A program made the translations under genes and the position numbers. A model generated the notes under the pieces. The model was not told where the DNA came from and did no database searches. It saw nothing but the letters and a program-made list of their open reading frames with translations. A DNA stretch of 64,000 nucleotides from Bacteroidales bacterium UBA6267 (lineage in GTDB: Bacteria > Bacteroidota > Bacteroidia > Bacteroidales > UBA1556). Position 1 is the stretch's first letter; each line of letters begins with the position of its first letter. This document shows positions 48,541 to 58,077 of the stretch, in pieces. The stretch is taken from assembly GCA_002440745.1 (NCBI GenBank), contig DJVB01000008.1, forward strand, positions 17,070 through 81,069, in the 5' to 3' direction.

Positions 48541-49587
48541 TTAGTGGTGTTTTGTATAAATTCTTCGTAGCCAAATTGGCAGTACGATGGCACCGATAAT
48601 TAGGTAGGCATAGTAGCTTATGAGCCTCCAAATCAAGGCAATTTCATCTCCGAAATTTCCCATAAAATCGCCAATAAATTTAGGCAGGATAAACTCCGCA
48701 ACTCCTGAACCGCCTGGTGTGGGAGAAATAAGCAAGATGACCCACATTACTAATTGCCGTGCATAAATGAGTAGTTGGTCTCCGCCGCCGGTAAAGGCAA
48801 GAATGAGCATATTTACGACCCAAAACCGTGCTGTCCATGAGAAAAATGTAGCGCCAAATGCTTTTAACCAGAAACTGAGTCTTTTGCCTCGCATTTCTTT
48901 GCTGGTGGTTACTATGTCGTTTCCGGCTTCAACTGCGCTTCGTCTCCATCGCTTTAGAATTGGGAAACTGAAAATTATAATTAATAGCCTCTTGAAAAAA
49001 ACCGGTTTAAAGAAAATCGCCGAACTGATAATGGTTGTCAGTGTGAGTATGAACCCATAACCAATCCAAAAAATGCTGTTTGTGGGGAGGATTAAGCTCT
49101 CTGTAATTTGAAAATTTCCTTGGACAAAAAGGTCTTGATGATTGACGGAAAGTATTAAAATTGGAACCATCAGAATATAAAAAAGTTCATCTAACATGGC
49201 CGTAATCATCACAATTGCAGTAGCTTTTCCTGCCGATTTAAGCTCTTTGGTGACGAAGTATAAAGCCGCTGCACTACCTCCAACAACAGAAGGTGTAAGA
49301 GCAGATGAAAACTCCCATAACATAATCACTTGAAAACCATGAAGCCAACTGATGCGCCCTTCGGTGAGAATCTGAAGTCGATAAATATAGGCTAAGTCGC
49401 GGATGAACATCATCACCAAGGCTAAAATAAAATAGATTAAACCGTTAAGACTCCAATGTATTTCTTGATATTTAGCAAGGTTAAAATCCTTGAAAATCAT
49501 ATACATACTAACCGCCAAACCCAAAATGACAGCCAGAATTATCCGCTGTGGCGAGAAGATTTTAACGATTTGATCCGGGTGCTTCAT
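48541..49587 (-). CDS. Flippase-like / lysylphosphatidylglycerol-synthase TM-region family membrane protein
   Basis: About 8 TM helices. PTPGGSGVAEF motif typical of the UPF0104/MprF-TM family. Confidence 0.6.
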   Translation of the reverse strand: MKHPDQIVKIFSPQRIILAVILGLAVSMYMIFKDFNLAKYQEIHWSLNGLIYFILALVMMFIRDLAYIYRLQILTEGRISWLHGFQVIMLWEFSSALTPSVVGGSAAALYFVTKELKSAGKATAIVMITAMLDELFYILMVPILILSVNHQDLFVQGNFQITESLILPTNSIFWIGYGFILTLTTIISSAIFFKPVFFKRLLIIIFSFPILKRWRRSAVEAGNDIVTTSKEMRGKRLSFWLKAFGATFFSWTARFWVVNMLILAFTGGGDQLLIYARQLVMWVILLISPTPGGSGVAEFILPKFIGDFMGNFGDEIALIWRLISYYAYLIIGAIVLPIWLRRIYTKHH

Positions 49588-49713
49588 GATGGCTGCGAAA
49601 CTACAACTTTTTGCATATTTCCATCTGATTAAAATATAAATTTGTCATTATCTTGTTGTTTTTTTTGGGTAATCAAAGTCTTTATTTCTTTCCAAAACAG
49701 CCTAAAAAACCAA

Positions 49714-49721
49714 TACTTTTG
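49714..49721 (+). promoter_or_regulatory. Candidate -7 promoter box TACTTTTG for ettA
   Basis: Exact TAnnTTTG match 24 nt upstream of ATG 49745. Confidence 0.45.
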
Positions 49722-49744
49722 CACCCAATTCAAATTTATTTCAA

Positions 49745-51430
49745 ATGGCTGAAATTGACGATAAAAAGATTATTTTTTCGATGGTGAAGGTAAGCAAGAC
49801 CTTCGAAAACAATAAACAGGTTTTAAAAGATATTTATCTTAGCTTTTTTTACGGAGCAAAGATTGGCGTTATAGGTCTAAATGGCTCCGGAAAATCAACT
49901 CTTTTGAAGATTATTGCCGGACTAGAGGAAAAATATCAGGGCGATGTTGTTTTTTCTCCTGGTTATTCCGTAGGATATCTGGCTCAGGAGCCCCATCTTG
50001 ATGATACGAAAACTGTTAGGCAGATTGTTGAAGAGGGGGTTGGAGAAACAATGGCTTTGCTTAAAGAATATGAAGAAATCAATCTCAAATTTGCTGAGCC
50101 AATGACTGACGACGAGATGAATACTTTGATTGATCGTCAGGGAATTTTAACAGAACTCATCGACCAACGAAATGCGTGGGAGATTGATAGTCAGTTGGAA
50201 AGGGCAATGGATGCATTGCGCTGTCCCGAACCGGAAGCTTCGGTCTCGGTGCTCAGTGGAGGTGAAAGACGCCGTGTGGCGCTGACCCGTTTATTGCTTT
50301 CCGAACCGGATATTTTACTCTTAGATGAGCCTACCAACCATCTTGACGCAGAGTCGATTCTTTGGCTCGAACAGCATCTGAAGCAATACAAAGGAACTGT
50401 GATTGCGGTGACTCACGACCGGTATTTCTTAGATAATATTGCCGGTTGGATTCTTGAACTCGACCGTGGTGAAGGTATTCCTTGGAAGGGTAATTATTCC
50501 TCATGGCTCGACCAGAAAACCAAACGTATGGCGTTGGAAGAAAAAACAGAGAGCAACCGAAGGAAAACTCTCGAGCGCGAATTGGAATGGGTTCGGATGG
50601 CTCCAAAAGCTCGTCATGCAAAAGGAAAAGCGCGTTTGAATGCCTATGAACAGCTTTTGAATAGTGATTCGAAAGAAAAAATTGAAAGATTAGAAATATT
50701 CATTCCCAATGGTCCTCGTTTGGGAAATAAAGTTGTTGAAGCAGTAAAAGTTTCAAAGGCTTATGGTGATAAACTACTTTTCGAGAATCTTGAATTTCAC
50801 CTGCCACCAAACGGAATAGTTGGTGTGATTGGACCAAACGGCGCCGGAAAAACTACGCTTTTCAGAATGATAATGGGTTTAGAATCAGCAGATAGTGGCT
50901 CTTTTGAGGTGGGCGAAACTGTCAAAATTGGTTATGTGGATCAGCAGCATGCAGATATTGACCCCGAGAAAAACATCTTTGAAATAGTCTCTCAAGGCAA
51001 TGATTTGATAAAATTGGGCAGTCGCACCATGAACTCTCGTGCATATTTGTCACGTTTCAATTTTAGCGGCAGCGATCAAAATAAAAAAGCCAATACCTTG
51101 TCGGGCGGGGAACGTAATCGCTTGCATTTGGCATTGACTCTTAAGCAAGAAGCCAATGTATTGCTACTTGATGAGCCGACCAATGATATAGACGTCAATA
51201 CGTTAAGAGCATTGGAAGAAGGTTTGGAAAGCTTTGCCGGTTGCGCTGTGGTGATTTCTCACGATCGTTGGTTTCTCGACCGTATTGCAACTCATATCCT
51301 CGCTTTTGAAGGCAACTCTCAGGTTTATTGGTTTGAAGGTTCGTATAGCGAATATGAGGAGAATAGAAGAAAACGTTTGGGCGATGAAGGCCCAAAACGG
51401 ATACGGTATAAGAAATTAAAAGTTGATTAA
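49745..51430 (+). CDS. ettA: Energy-dependent translational throttle protein EttA (ABC-F)
   Basis: Two ABC cassettes (GLNGSGKST, LSGGERRRV, LLLDEPTNHLD / GPNGAGKTT, LSGGERNRL, LLLDEPTNDID). EttA-type length and arm/linker. Confidence 0.9.
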   Translation: MAEIDDKKIIFSMVKVSKTFENNKQVLKDIYLSFFYGAKIGVIGLNGSGKSTLLKIIAGLEEKYQGDVVFSPGYSVGYLAQEPHLDDTKTVRQIVEEGVGETMALLKEYEEINLKFAEPMTDDEMNTLIDRQGILTELIDQRNAWEIDSQLERAMDALRCPEPEASVSVLSGGERRRVALTRLLLSEPDILLLDEPTNHLDAESILWLEQHLKQYKGTVIAVTHDRYFLDNIAGWILELDRGEGIPWKGNYSSWLDQKTKRMALEEKTESNRRKTLERELEWVRMAPKARHAKGKARLNAYEQLLNSDSKEKIERLEIFIPNGPRLGNKVVEAVKVSKAYGDKLLFENLEFHLPPNGIVGVIGPNGAGKTTLFRMIMGLESADSGSFEVGETVKIGYVDQQHADIDPEKNIFEIVSQGNDLIKLGSRTMNSRAYLSRFNFSGSDQNKKANTLSGGERNRLHLALTLKQEANVLLLDEPTNDIDVNTLRALEEGLESFAGCAVVISHDRWFLDRIATHILAFEGNSQVYWFEGSYSEYEENRRKRLGDEGPKRIRYKKLKVD

Positions 51431-52672
51431 ATGAGGTATTGGGTTTTATTTTTTATTCTTATCGGCTTACTTTTTTCAGTGAGAAGTCAGGGGCAAGATG
51501 AGGCTAAAAATCTCTTCAAGTTTCAAATTCATGGTTTTGTGAAGTCGGATTATTGGTACGATACGCGGCAGGTTGTCCAGTCAAGAGAAGGTTTGTTTTC
51601 CCTATTTCCAATGCCGGTTGCTCTTGATTCCAAAGGCGAGGACTTAAATGCGCATCCTTCCTTCAATTATTCGGCTATTTCGACTCGAATTAGCACTACG
51701 ATTGATGGTCCAAATGCCTTTGGTGCAAAAACTCAAGCATTTATTGAAGGAGATTTTACCGGAATTTCCAACGCCACCATCAATACGTTACGTCTTCGTC
51801 ATGCGTGGATAAAATTGGATTGGGAAAAAACTCGGTTGATTTTTGGACAAGATTGGCATCCAATGTTCGTAACTGAAGTTTTTCCCGGAGTTTTAGCGTT
51901 AAATACCGGTGCTCCATTTCAACCATTTATCCGAAATCCACAGGTTCGTTTGGAGTATCGTTTTAAAAAAACCACCCTCATGTTAGCCGCTCTTTCTCAA
52001 AGGGATAACTCATGCAATGGTCCTGTTGGTCGCGATTTCAGCTACTTATCCAATAGTTTGTTGCCAAATTTTCATGGTCAAATGAAAACTAAAATTGGTA
52101 AGTCGCTTTACGGAGCAGCCTTCGACTGGAAATCTATAATGCCTCGAATGGCAACCGACAGCGGGTTTTATACTTCAGCTCGATTGAATTCTACGTCTGC
52201 GATGGTTTTTTATAAATATTCTGACGAACATTTTACGTTTAAAACCAAATTTATTTATGGTCAAAATCTTACAGAGCACCTTATGTTGGGCGGTTATGCC
52301 ATCGCCGACATCGATACCTTGACGGATTCCCATGAATATACTGCCACAGAACATCTATTTGCCTGGGGCCAGATTTTATATACAAAAAAGCTTAAACGTG
52401 TTGATATTCAGCCTGGTTTGTTTTTTGGCTACGCAAAAAATCTTGGCACTACAACTGAGAATCTCGGAATATATTACGCAACCGGTGCTGACTTGGACGT
52501 TTTGTTGAGGGTGAGTCCTTCAATAAATATCTATTCGGGGCCAATGATGGTGAGCTTGGAATGGGAATGGACAGAAGCTTTTTATGGGGTTCCTGACAAA
52601 AATGGCTTGGTGCAAAACTCAAAACCTGTGGATAATCATCGTTTTATGATTGGGGTTTTCTATCTATTTTAG
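51431..52672 (+). CDS. Outer-membrane beta-barrel porin-like protein
   Basis: Signal peptide. LRLRHAWIKLDW..IFGQDWHPMF porin-like motif. Terminal aromatic residue (..GVFYLF). The ATG abuts the ettA TAA. Confidence 0.5.
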   Translation: MRYWVLFFILIGLLFSVRSQGQDEAKNLFKFQIHGFVKSDYWYDTRQVVQSREGLFSLFPMPVALDSKGEDLNAHPSFNYSAISTRISTTIDGPNAFGAKTQAFIEGDFTGISNATINTLRLRHAWIKLDWEKTRLIFGQDWHPMFVTEVFPGVLALNTGAPFQPFIRNPQVRLEYRFKKTTLMLAALSQRDNSCNGPVGRDFSYLSNSLLPNFHGQMKTKIGKSLYGAAFDWKSIMPRMATDSGFYTSARLNSTSAMVFYKYSDEHFTFKTKFIYGQNLTEHLMLGGYAIADIDTLTDSHEYTATEHLFAWGQILYTKKLKRVDIQPGLFFGYAKNLGTTTENLGIYYATGADLDVLLRVSPSINIYSGPMMVSLEWEWTEAFYGVPDKNGLVQNSKPVDNHRFMIGVFYLF

Positions 52673-53254
52673 AGGAGTTAGATTTTTGTATTTAAAGGTG
52701 TTAACTAATTGAATTACATCTTTTTCGATGGCTTTAATTACTGGTTGTAGTGAATCGTTTCGTGGTTCGGTATTAAAATACAAAGCCCCACGAAGAAAAT
52801 AATTGACACTGTCAGTCAGATAGAAATTTAAAGGCGAAGCGGCTTCATTCCCTTCAATAAAATACATCAATCCATAAACTTTATTCTCGCTTCTGACAAT
52901 TGGTTCAGGGATGATATTTGTGGCTTTGGGAGTGTGTTTATAAGCCAAATCGTGGCAATCTTCAATATAGCTTGCCAATGTGGTATCCATATCATGATAG
53001 GTGATAAAGAGGGTTGCTTTGTAAGGACTGTACTCAATATTTACCCAATTTGAATCTTTATGCATTTGTCTTTTAACTATCACATAATCAGCCACATCAA
53101 ATGAGTAGGGGATATTAGGATGATGGAAAGGAACATAACTGTATTCCGGAATATCGATTCTAAAATTACCAATGGGTTTTGGTATATATTCGTCTTGACA
53201 ACTCATGAAAGTCAGCATAAAGACTGAAAAAACAAGCAGTTTAATATTATTCAT
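52664..53254 (-). CDS. gldD: Gliding-motility lipoprotein GldD-like
   Basis: Lipobox FMSC, about 190 aa, immediately downstream of and 8 nt overlapping a GldE-type gene. This is the arrangement known from Flavobacterium johnsoniae. Confidence 0.55.
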   Translation of the reverse strand: MNNIKLLVFSVFMLTFMSCQDEYIPKPIGNFRIDIPEYSYVPFHHPNIPYSFDVADYVIVKRQMHKDSNWVNIEYSPYKATLFITYHDMDTTLASYIEDCHDLAYKHTPKATNIIPEPIVRSENKVYGLMYFIEGNEAASPLNFYLTDSVNYFLRGALYFNTEPRNDSLQPVIKAIEKDVIQLVNTFKYKNLTPLK

Positions 53255-54578
53255 TGATTTGTATCTTTACTTTTTTAATTCTTTTGTTGTCAGATAATAC
53301 CACCTCAAAATCAACGTTTTTGAAGCTAAGTCGATCTCCAATTGCCGGAAAATCGCCATTAATCTCCAAAACTAATCCGGCCAAGGAATCGGATTCGCCT
53401 TTTACGTCATCGAAAAAATCCAAGTCGAAGTCGAAATATTTGCAAAAATCATTAATGGAGGTTTTTGCATCAACAACCCACTGTTGTTCTGCGATTTTAA
53501 CAAATTGATTATCAGATTCTTTGATGTCGAATTCATCAGAAATTTCACCCATAATTTCTTCTAATACATCTTCAAGAGTAACGATGCCCGATGTGCCGCC
53601 GTACTCATCTACAACTATGGCTAAATGGTTTTTTCGAGTTTTAAAATCTTGAAGCAAATCGTTGATTTTTTTATTTTCCGGTATGAAAAAGGGCTCTCTG
53701 ATAAGGAATTTCCACTGAAATTCACTTTTGTGAAGATGAGGCAGTAGGTCTTTGATATGCAAGATGCCTTTGATATTGTCGAATGTTTCTTCAAAAACAG
53801 GAAATCGCGAATAGCCCCATTCTTTGATATAGTCGATTAGCTCCTCAAAGTTCATGTTGGAATTCAACGCAGCAACGTCCACCCTGGCTTTCATAATCTC
53901 GCTGACTTCTGTCTCGCCATAGGTTGTAATTCCTTTCAGAATCTTCACTTCTTCGGTCTTTTGTTCGTTATTTTCAGCCATTTCCACCACATCACTCAAC
54001 TCGCTCATGGTAAGCGGTCCTTTGTGTTTTTGGATTTTCCTCTCTAAAACTATCTGGCTTTTTTCGACAAAAAAAACTAAAGGATAAAACAGCCAAGAAA
54101 AAAGAATTAAAGGTTTTATCATCAGGCTGATAAATATCCTATATTGCTGACGTGCATATATTTTTGGTAAAATTTCGCTAAAAAGCAAAAGGGCTAAACT
54201 GATAAGGAGTGCTTTCAGTAAAAGTTCAACCGATGTTGAGATATAACCCGAAAAAATATCGGGAAAAGTAAAAAAGAACAGCAATATGGCAATCACATTG
54301 AATAGATAGTTGCTGACAATGATCGTGCTTAATAATCGCTGTGGATGTTCTAACTGCCTGATAATTAATTGGTGTTTTGGGTTTTCAGATTGAGAAAGGT
54401 TTTTGATAGAAGCTTCATCCAAGGAGAAAAATGCTGTTTCGGAACCGGAAACTAAACCCGAAATTATAATGGCCAAAGCAACTAATACGAAATTAATAAT
54501 ATCCCCTGAATTGAGTGTCAGCAAAACAAATGAATTGATTTGCAATAATATAGATAAATACTGATCGGATGATTCCAT
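53247..54578 (-). CDS. gldE: GldE-like DUF21-CBS-CorC_HlyC membrane protein
   Basis: N-terminal 4-TM DUF21 region, CBS pair (..[20 protein letters not shown]..), C-terminal CorC/HlyC transporter-associated domain. Confidence 0.65.
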   Translation of the reverse strand: MESSDQYLSILLQINSFVLLTLNSGDIINFVLVALAIIISGLVSGSETAFFSLDEASIKNLSQSENPKHQLIIRQLEHPQRLLSTIIVSNYLFNVIAILLFFFTFPDIFSGYISTSVELLLKALLISLALLLFSEILPKIYARQQYRIFISLMIKPLILFSWLFYPLVFFVEKSQIVLERKIQKHKGPLTMSELSDVVEMAENNEQKTEEVKILKGITTYGETEVSEIMKARVDVAALNSNMNFEELIDYIKEWGYSRFPVFEETFDNIKGILHIKDLLPHLHKSEFQWKFLIREPFFIPENKKINDLLQDFKTRKNHLAIVVDEYGGTSGIVTLEDVLEEIMGEISDEFDIKESDNQFVKIAEQQWVVDAKTSINDFCKYFDFDLDFFDDVKGESDSLAGLVLEINGDFPAIGDRLSFKNVDFEVVLSDNKRIKKVKIQINE

Positions 54579-54775
54579 TTAAATTGTTAATTCAAATATC
54601 GCCTTATAAAGTTGGATTATTTTCGGATGCAAAGTTAATTATTACCGTTTCAGGTTTGTATTTTTTTTGGAAACTATTATGTCCTTTAAAAATATTCCTC
54701 CGAAATGCATAACTGTAAAAAGCTTTCCATTATTTAGGGTGAAATTTGACCTGTTTTGTGAGCAAAAATTTCGGT

Positions 54776-54783
54776 TACTTTTG
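54776..54783 (+). promoter_or_regulatory. Candidate -7 promoter box TACTTTTG
   Basis: Exact TAnnTTTG match 41 nt upstream of ATG 54824. Confidence 0.4.
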
Positions 54784-54823
54784 CCGTTCCATTTTTATCA
54801 GCTAATAATTTAATCTTGACAGT

Positions 54824-55621
54824 ATGAAAAATTTTAAATATTTGATATTCATCTTTTTAACTGTGGTTTTAGCAGTGAAGGCCGATTTGTATCTCGAACG
54901 AAATTCTCAAATGGATGAGGTTGTTATTCTTGAAAAAGTATATTCCAAAGGGCCTTTTTACAAAGAAACCAACCCCAATAATTCCTTATCAGTGAACTGG
55001 GAAACTGATCATATTATTTACGAAAATCACCGTCATCGGATTTTTTGGGAGGGTACGGCTGAGGAGTTTCAGACTGCGATGCAGCAAATGATTAAGGAAA
55101 GCGAAGAGCATAGCTTAGTTGGCTATTCCGATGAGGAGCGAGAAGCGGCAGAAGAGCAATTGAAGAAATATAAGGCTAATCCTCAAAAAATGTCTTTCTC
55201 CGTAAAGGCTTCTGGCAAATCTGAAAAATTGTTAGGTTATGATTGTCAAGAATTTATAGTTTTAAATGATACAACTCCAATCGCGGCTTTTTATCACAGT
55301 CCGAAAATTAATTTAATTGAAAAACCCTATTTGGAAAAAGCGAAAGCGCTTTTCAAGAAATTAAACTATAATGACCCTACCGATTTTTTACAGTCTTCTG
55401 CGATGGAATCTTATATGTTTAGTGGCTTGATTATCAAGATGGTGATTTATGGAGATTATACGAGTTCGGAGGAGGTTGAAGAGTATGTAAATGTTCAGCA
55501 AGAAGATATTGACCCAACCATTTTCGGTGTTACCGATGGATATTCTTTAATGCCTTTGATTGAGGTGATGAAGTTGGATTTGTTTGAAGATGAGGTTGAT
55601 ACAGACGAAACTAACGAGTAA
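54824..55621 (+). CDS. Hypothetical secreted protein with acidic C-terminus
   Basis: Signal peptide MKNFKYLIFIFLTVVLAVKA. Acidic tail LFEDEVDTDETNE. No confident family. Confidence 0.4.
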   Translation: MKNFKYLIFIFLTVVLAVKADLYLERNSQMDEVVILEKVYSKGPFYKETNPNNSLSVNWETDHIIYENHRHRIFWEGTAEEFQTAMQQMIKESEEHSLVGYSDEEREAAEEQLKKYKANPQKMSFSVKASGKSEKLLGYDCQEFIVLNDTTPIAAFYHSPKINLIEKPYLEKAKALFKKLNYNDPTDFLQSSAMESYMFSGLIIKMVIYGDYTSSEEVEEYVNVQQEDIDPTIFGVTDGYSLMPLIEVMKLDLFEDEVDTDETNE

Positions 55622-55627
55622 AAGAAC

Positions 55628-57574
55628 ATGTTTAGTATTCAAAATCTTTCGGTAAGTTTTTCTGGAAATGAGCTTTTTAAGAATATCAACTTTCTTATCA
55701 ATGACAAGGATCGCATTGGATTAGTTGGAAAAAACGGAGCCGGAAAATCAACCCTTTTAAAGATTATCATTGGCGCTCAAATCCCTGATTTGGGTGAAGT
55801 GGTGATTCCCGGGTCCAAATCCTTAGGTTATTTGCCTCAGGAAATGCTTTTCACAGATAGTAAGTCCATCATGGCTGAAACTCTTACGGCTTTTGACGAA
55901 GTGCTCGAATTGCAGAAGGAATTGGATGTTCTGAACGATTATTTCACTCATAGTCAGGATTATGAATCTGTGGAGTATTTGAGAAAATTGGAACGTCATC
56001 ATTGGATAAACGACCATTTGAGTTTGCTCAATACCGGCTCGATGGAAGGAGAAGCCGAAAAAACCTTGATGGGATTGGGATTCGACAGAAAGGATTTTGG
56101 AAATCCTACTTCTACACTCAGTGGCGGTTGGCGAATGCGTATTGAATTGGCAAAAATTCTTCTGAAGAAACCCGATCTTTTGCTTTTAGATGAGCCAACG
56201 AATCACCTTGATATTGAGTCGATTCAGTGGCTTGAAACTCTACTTTCAAGTTGGCATGGCGCTATCGTTTTGATTTCTCACGACCGTAATTTTTTAGACC
56301 GCGTTACCACTCGAACCATTGAAATAAGCCTCGGCAGAATCAGGGATTATAAGTTTTCTTATTCTCAATATGTTGAAGTTCGCCAAAACGAGCTCAAACA
56401 AAACGAGTCGGAATATAATAATCAACAGAAGCAAATCAAAGAAATTGAGGACTTTATCGAACGTTTTCGTTATAAAGCCACAAAAGCCAAACAGGTGCAA
56501 TCGCGAGTGAAAATGCTCGATAAAATGGATAAAATTGCGTTGGAAACTGTGGATGCTTCTGCAATGCACTTTCGTTTTCCCCCAGCGCCACCAAGCGGAA
56601 AAGTGGCTCTCGAAATAGAGAATTACGCGAAAAGCTATGGATCTAAAACAATTCTAAAGGATGTTAACCTAATCATCAAGAAGAATGATTTTATCGCCTT
56701 TGTGGGACGAAATGGAGAAGGTAAGTCCACCCTCATTAAATCCATAGTTGGCCTTATTGACTATGAGGGGGAAATTAAGCGAGGTTATAATGTGAGTATT
56801 GGTTATTATGCACAGAATCAGACTGATATGCTCGATTTGGAAAAAACTGTTTTGGAGACCATCGATGATGCAGCAGTGGGCGATATACGCAAAAATATAC
56901 GTGGAATCTTAGGTAGTTTTCTGTTTGGTGAAGACGATATTGACAAAAAGGTGAAAGTATTGAGCGGTGGTGAGAAAGCGCGGTTGAGTTTGGCTAAAAT
57001 GCTTCTAACGCCTGTAAATCTGCTCATACTCGATGAGCCTACTAATCATTTGGACATGATTTCAAAAGATATTCTGAAAAATGCACTGCTTCAGTATAAT
57101 GGAACTTTGATTTTAGTTTCCCACGATCGGGATTTCTTACGTGGTTTGAGCGATATTACGTATGAGTTTAAGAATCAAAAACTTATAGAACATCTTGGCG
57201 GAATCGACTTATTTTTAGAAAAACGCGCTTTAGAGAATTTGCAAGCTTTGGAGGATGTTAAAAAAATCAAAGCGACAGAGTCTAAAAATGTGGAAAATAG
57301 CAATAAAACAGTCTATTTAGAAAAGAAAGAGCGAGATAAATTGGAGCGCAAACTTAAAAAAGAAATTGCCCAAATGGAAGAGCTGATTGCTTCTCTTGAG
57401 TTGAAAATTGCTGATTCTCAGGAGAAATTGGCTAATCCTCAATTGCATGGCATCGATTTATCTAATCCGGTTTTCTTTGAAGAATTCAAAAAACTTGAGA
57501 AAGATTTGGAGAAAGCCCTTGACGATTGGGAACGTGCTCAGATTGCCTACGATGTGGAATTCGGGGAGGTATAG
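55628..57574 (+). CDS. ABC-F family ATPase (YbiT/Uup-like) with C-terminal coiled coil
   Basis: Two cassettes (GKNGAGKST, LSGGWRMRI, LLLDEPTNHLD / GRNGEGKST, LSGGEKARL, LILDEPTNHLD). No TM domain. Lys/Glu-rich C-terminal coiled coil. Confidence 0.85.
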   Translation: MFSIQNLSVSFSGNELFKNINFLINDKDRIGLVGKNGAGKSTLLKIIIGAQIPDLGEVVIPGSKSLGYLPQEMLFTDSKSIMAETLTAFDEVLELQKELDVLNDYFTHSQDYESVEYLRKLERHHWINDHLSLLNTGSMEGEAEKTLMGLGFDRKDFGNPTSTLSGGWRMRIELAKILLKKPDLLLLDEPTNHLDIESIQWLETLLSSWHGAIVLISHDRNFLDRVTTRTIEISLGRIRDYKFSYSQYVEVRQNELKQNESEYNNQQKQIKEIEDFIERFRYKATKAKQVQSRVKMLDKMDKIALETVDASAMHFRFPPAPPSGKVALEIENYAKSYGSKTILKDVNLIIKKNDFIAFVGRNGEGKSTLIKSIVGLIDYEGEIKRGYNVSIGYYAQNQTDMLDLEKTVLETIDDAAVGDIRKNIRGILGSFLFGEDDIDKKVKVLSGGEKARLSLAKMLLTPVNLLILDEPTNHLDMISKDILKNALLQYNGTLILVSHDRDFLRGLSDITYEFKNQKLIEHLGGIDLFLEKRALENLQALEDVKKIKATESKNVENSNKTVYLEKKERDKLERKLKKEIAQMEELIASLELKIADSQEKLANPQLHGIDLSNPVFFEEFKKLEKDLEKALDDWERAQIAYDVEFGEV

Positions 57575-57597
57575 AGAACTACTTTAAAACCACGAAT

Positions 57598-58008
57598 ATG
57601 AAGATTCTAATGCTTTATTGTGATTATTTTGCCTATAAACCTACTACCAAGAATTTGGAATGGGCTAAAGATGAAACAGAAGAGAAAAGTTTTGAAAATG
57701 TGCAAGTTGCATTTGTGCAAATTGAATCTCACGACAGCGAAGATGTGTCCAGTTCGGTAAAAAAGTTGGTAAATTTTATCAAATGGGTTGCACGAAAAAA
57801 CTCCTGCGAAAAAGTAATTCTCCACTCTTTTGCTCATCTTTCAGAAAGCAAGGCTGAGCCTGAAATCACTAAAGATATTTTTGATAAAAGCGAATTGAAA
57901 CTGATAAATGGCGGGTATCAAACCTCCCAAACACCCTTTGGCTACTTTCTCGACTTAGACCTAAAAGCTCCTGGCTTTAGCATGGCAAGGGTTTTCAAGA
58001 GTTTCTAA
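57598..58008 (+). CDS. Stand-alone homolog of the archaeal-type ThrRS N-terminal editing domain (tRNA-Thr_ED / DTD-like fold)
   Basis: From the internal ATG (MKILMLYCDYFAYKP..). The blocks VQVAFVQIESHDS, VILHSFAHLSESKAEP and SQTPFGYFLDLDLKAPGFSMARV line up, from memory, with the Pyrococcus ThrRS editing domain blocks (MR.LLIHSDYIEYE, VLVAF..VEK, V.VYPFAHLSS.LA.P, APFGYYK.F..SCKGHP). The 24 codons before this ATG in the track ORF overlap the ABC-F 3-prime end. Confidence 0.65.
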   Translation: MKILMLYCDYFAYKPTTKNLEWAKDETEEKSFENVQVAFVQIESHDSEDVSSSVKKLVNFIKWVARKNSCEKVILHSFAHLSESKAEPEITKDIFDKSELKLINGGYQTSQTPFGYFLDLDLKAPGFSMARVFKSF

Positions 58009-58057
58009 TTGTTTTTATAGACGTGTTTCAAAAAAAAATTGAGTATTCTTGATTTCT

Positions 58058-58077
58058 ATTTAGATTTATATCTAAAT
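58058..58077. promoter_or_regulatory. Perfect 8-4-8 inverted repeat ATTTAGAT-TTAT-ATCTAAAT (candidate operator)
   Basis: Read directly. Overlaps the candidate -7 box at 58073-58080, upstream of the giant kinase ORF. Confidence 0.4.
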
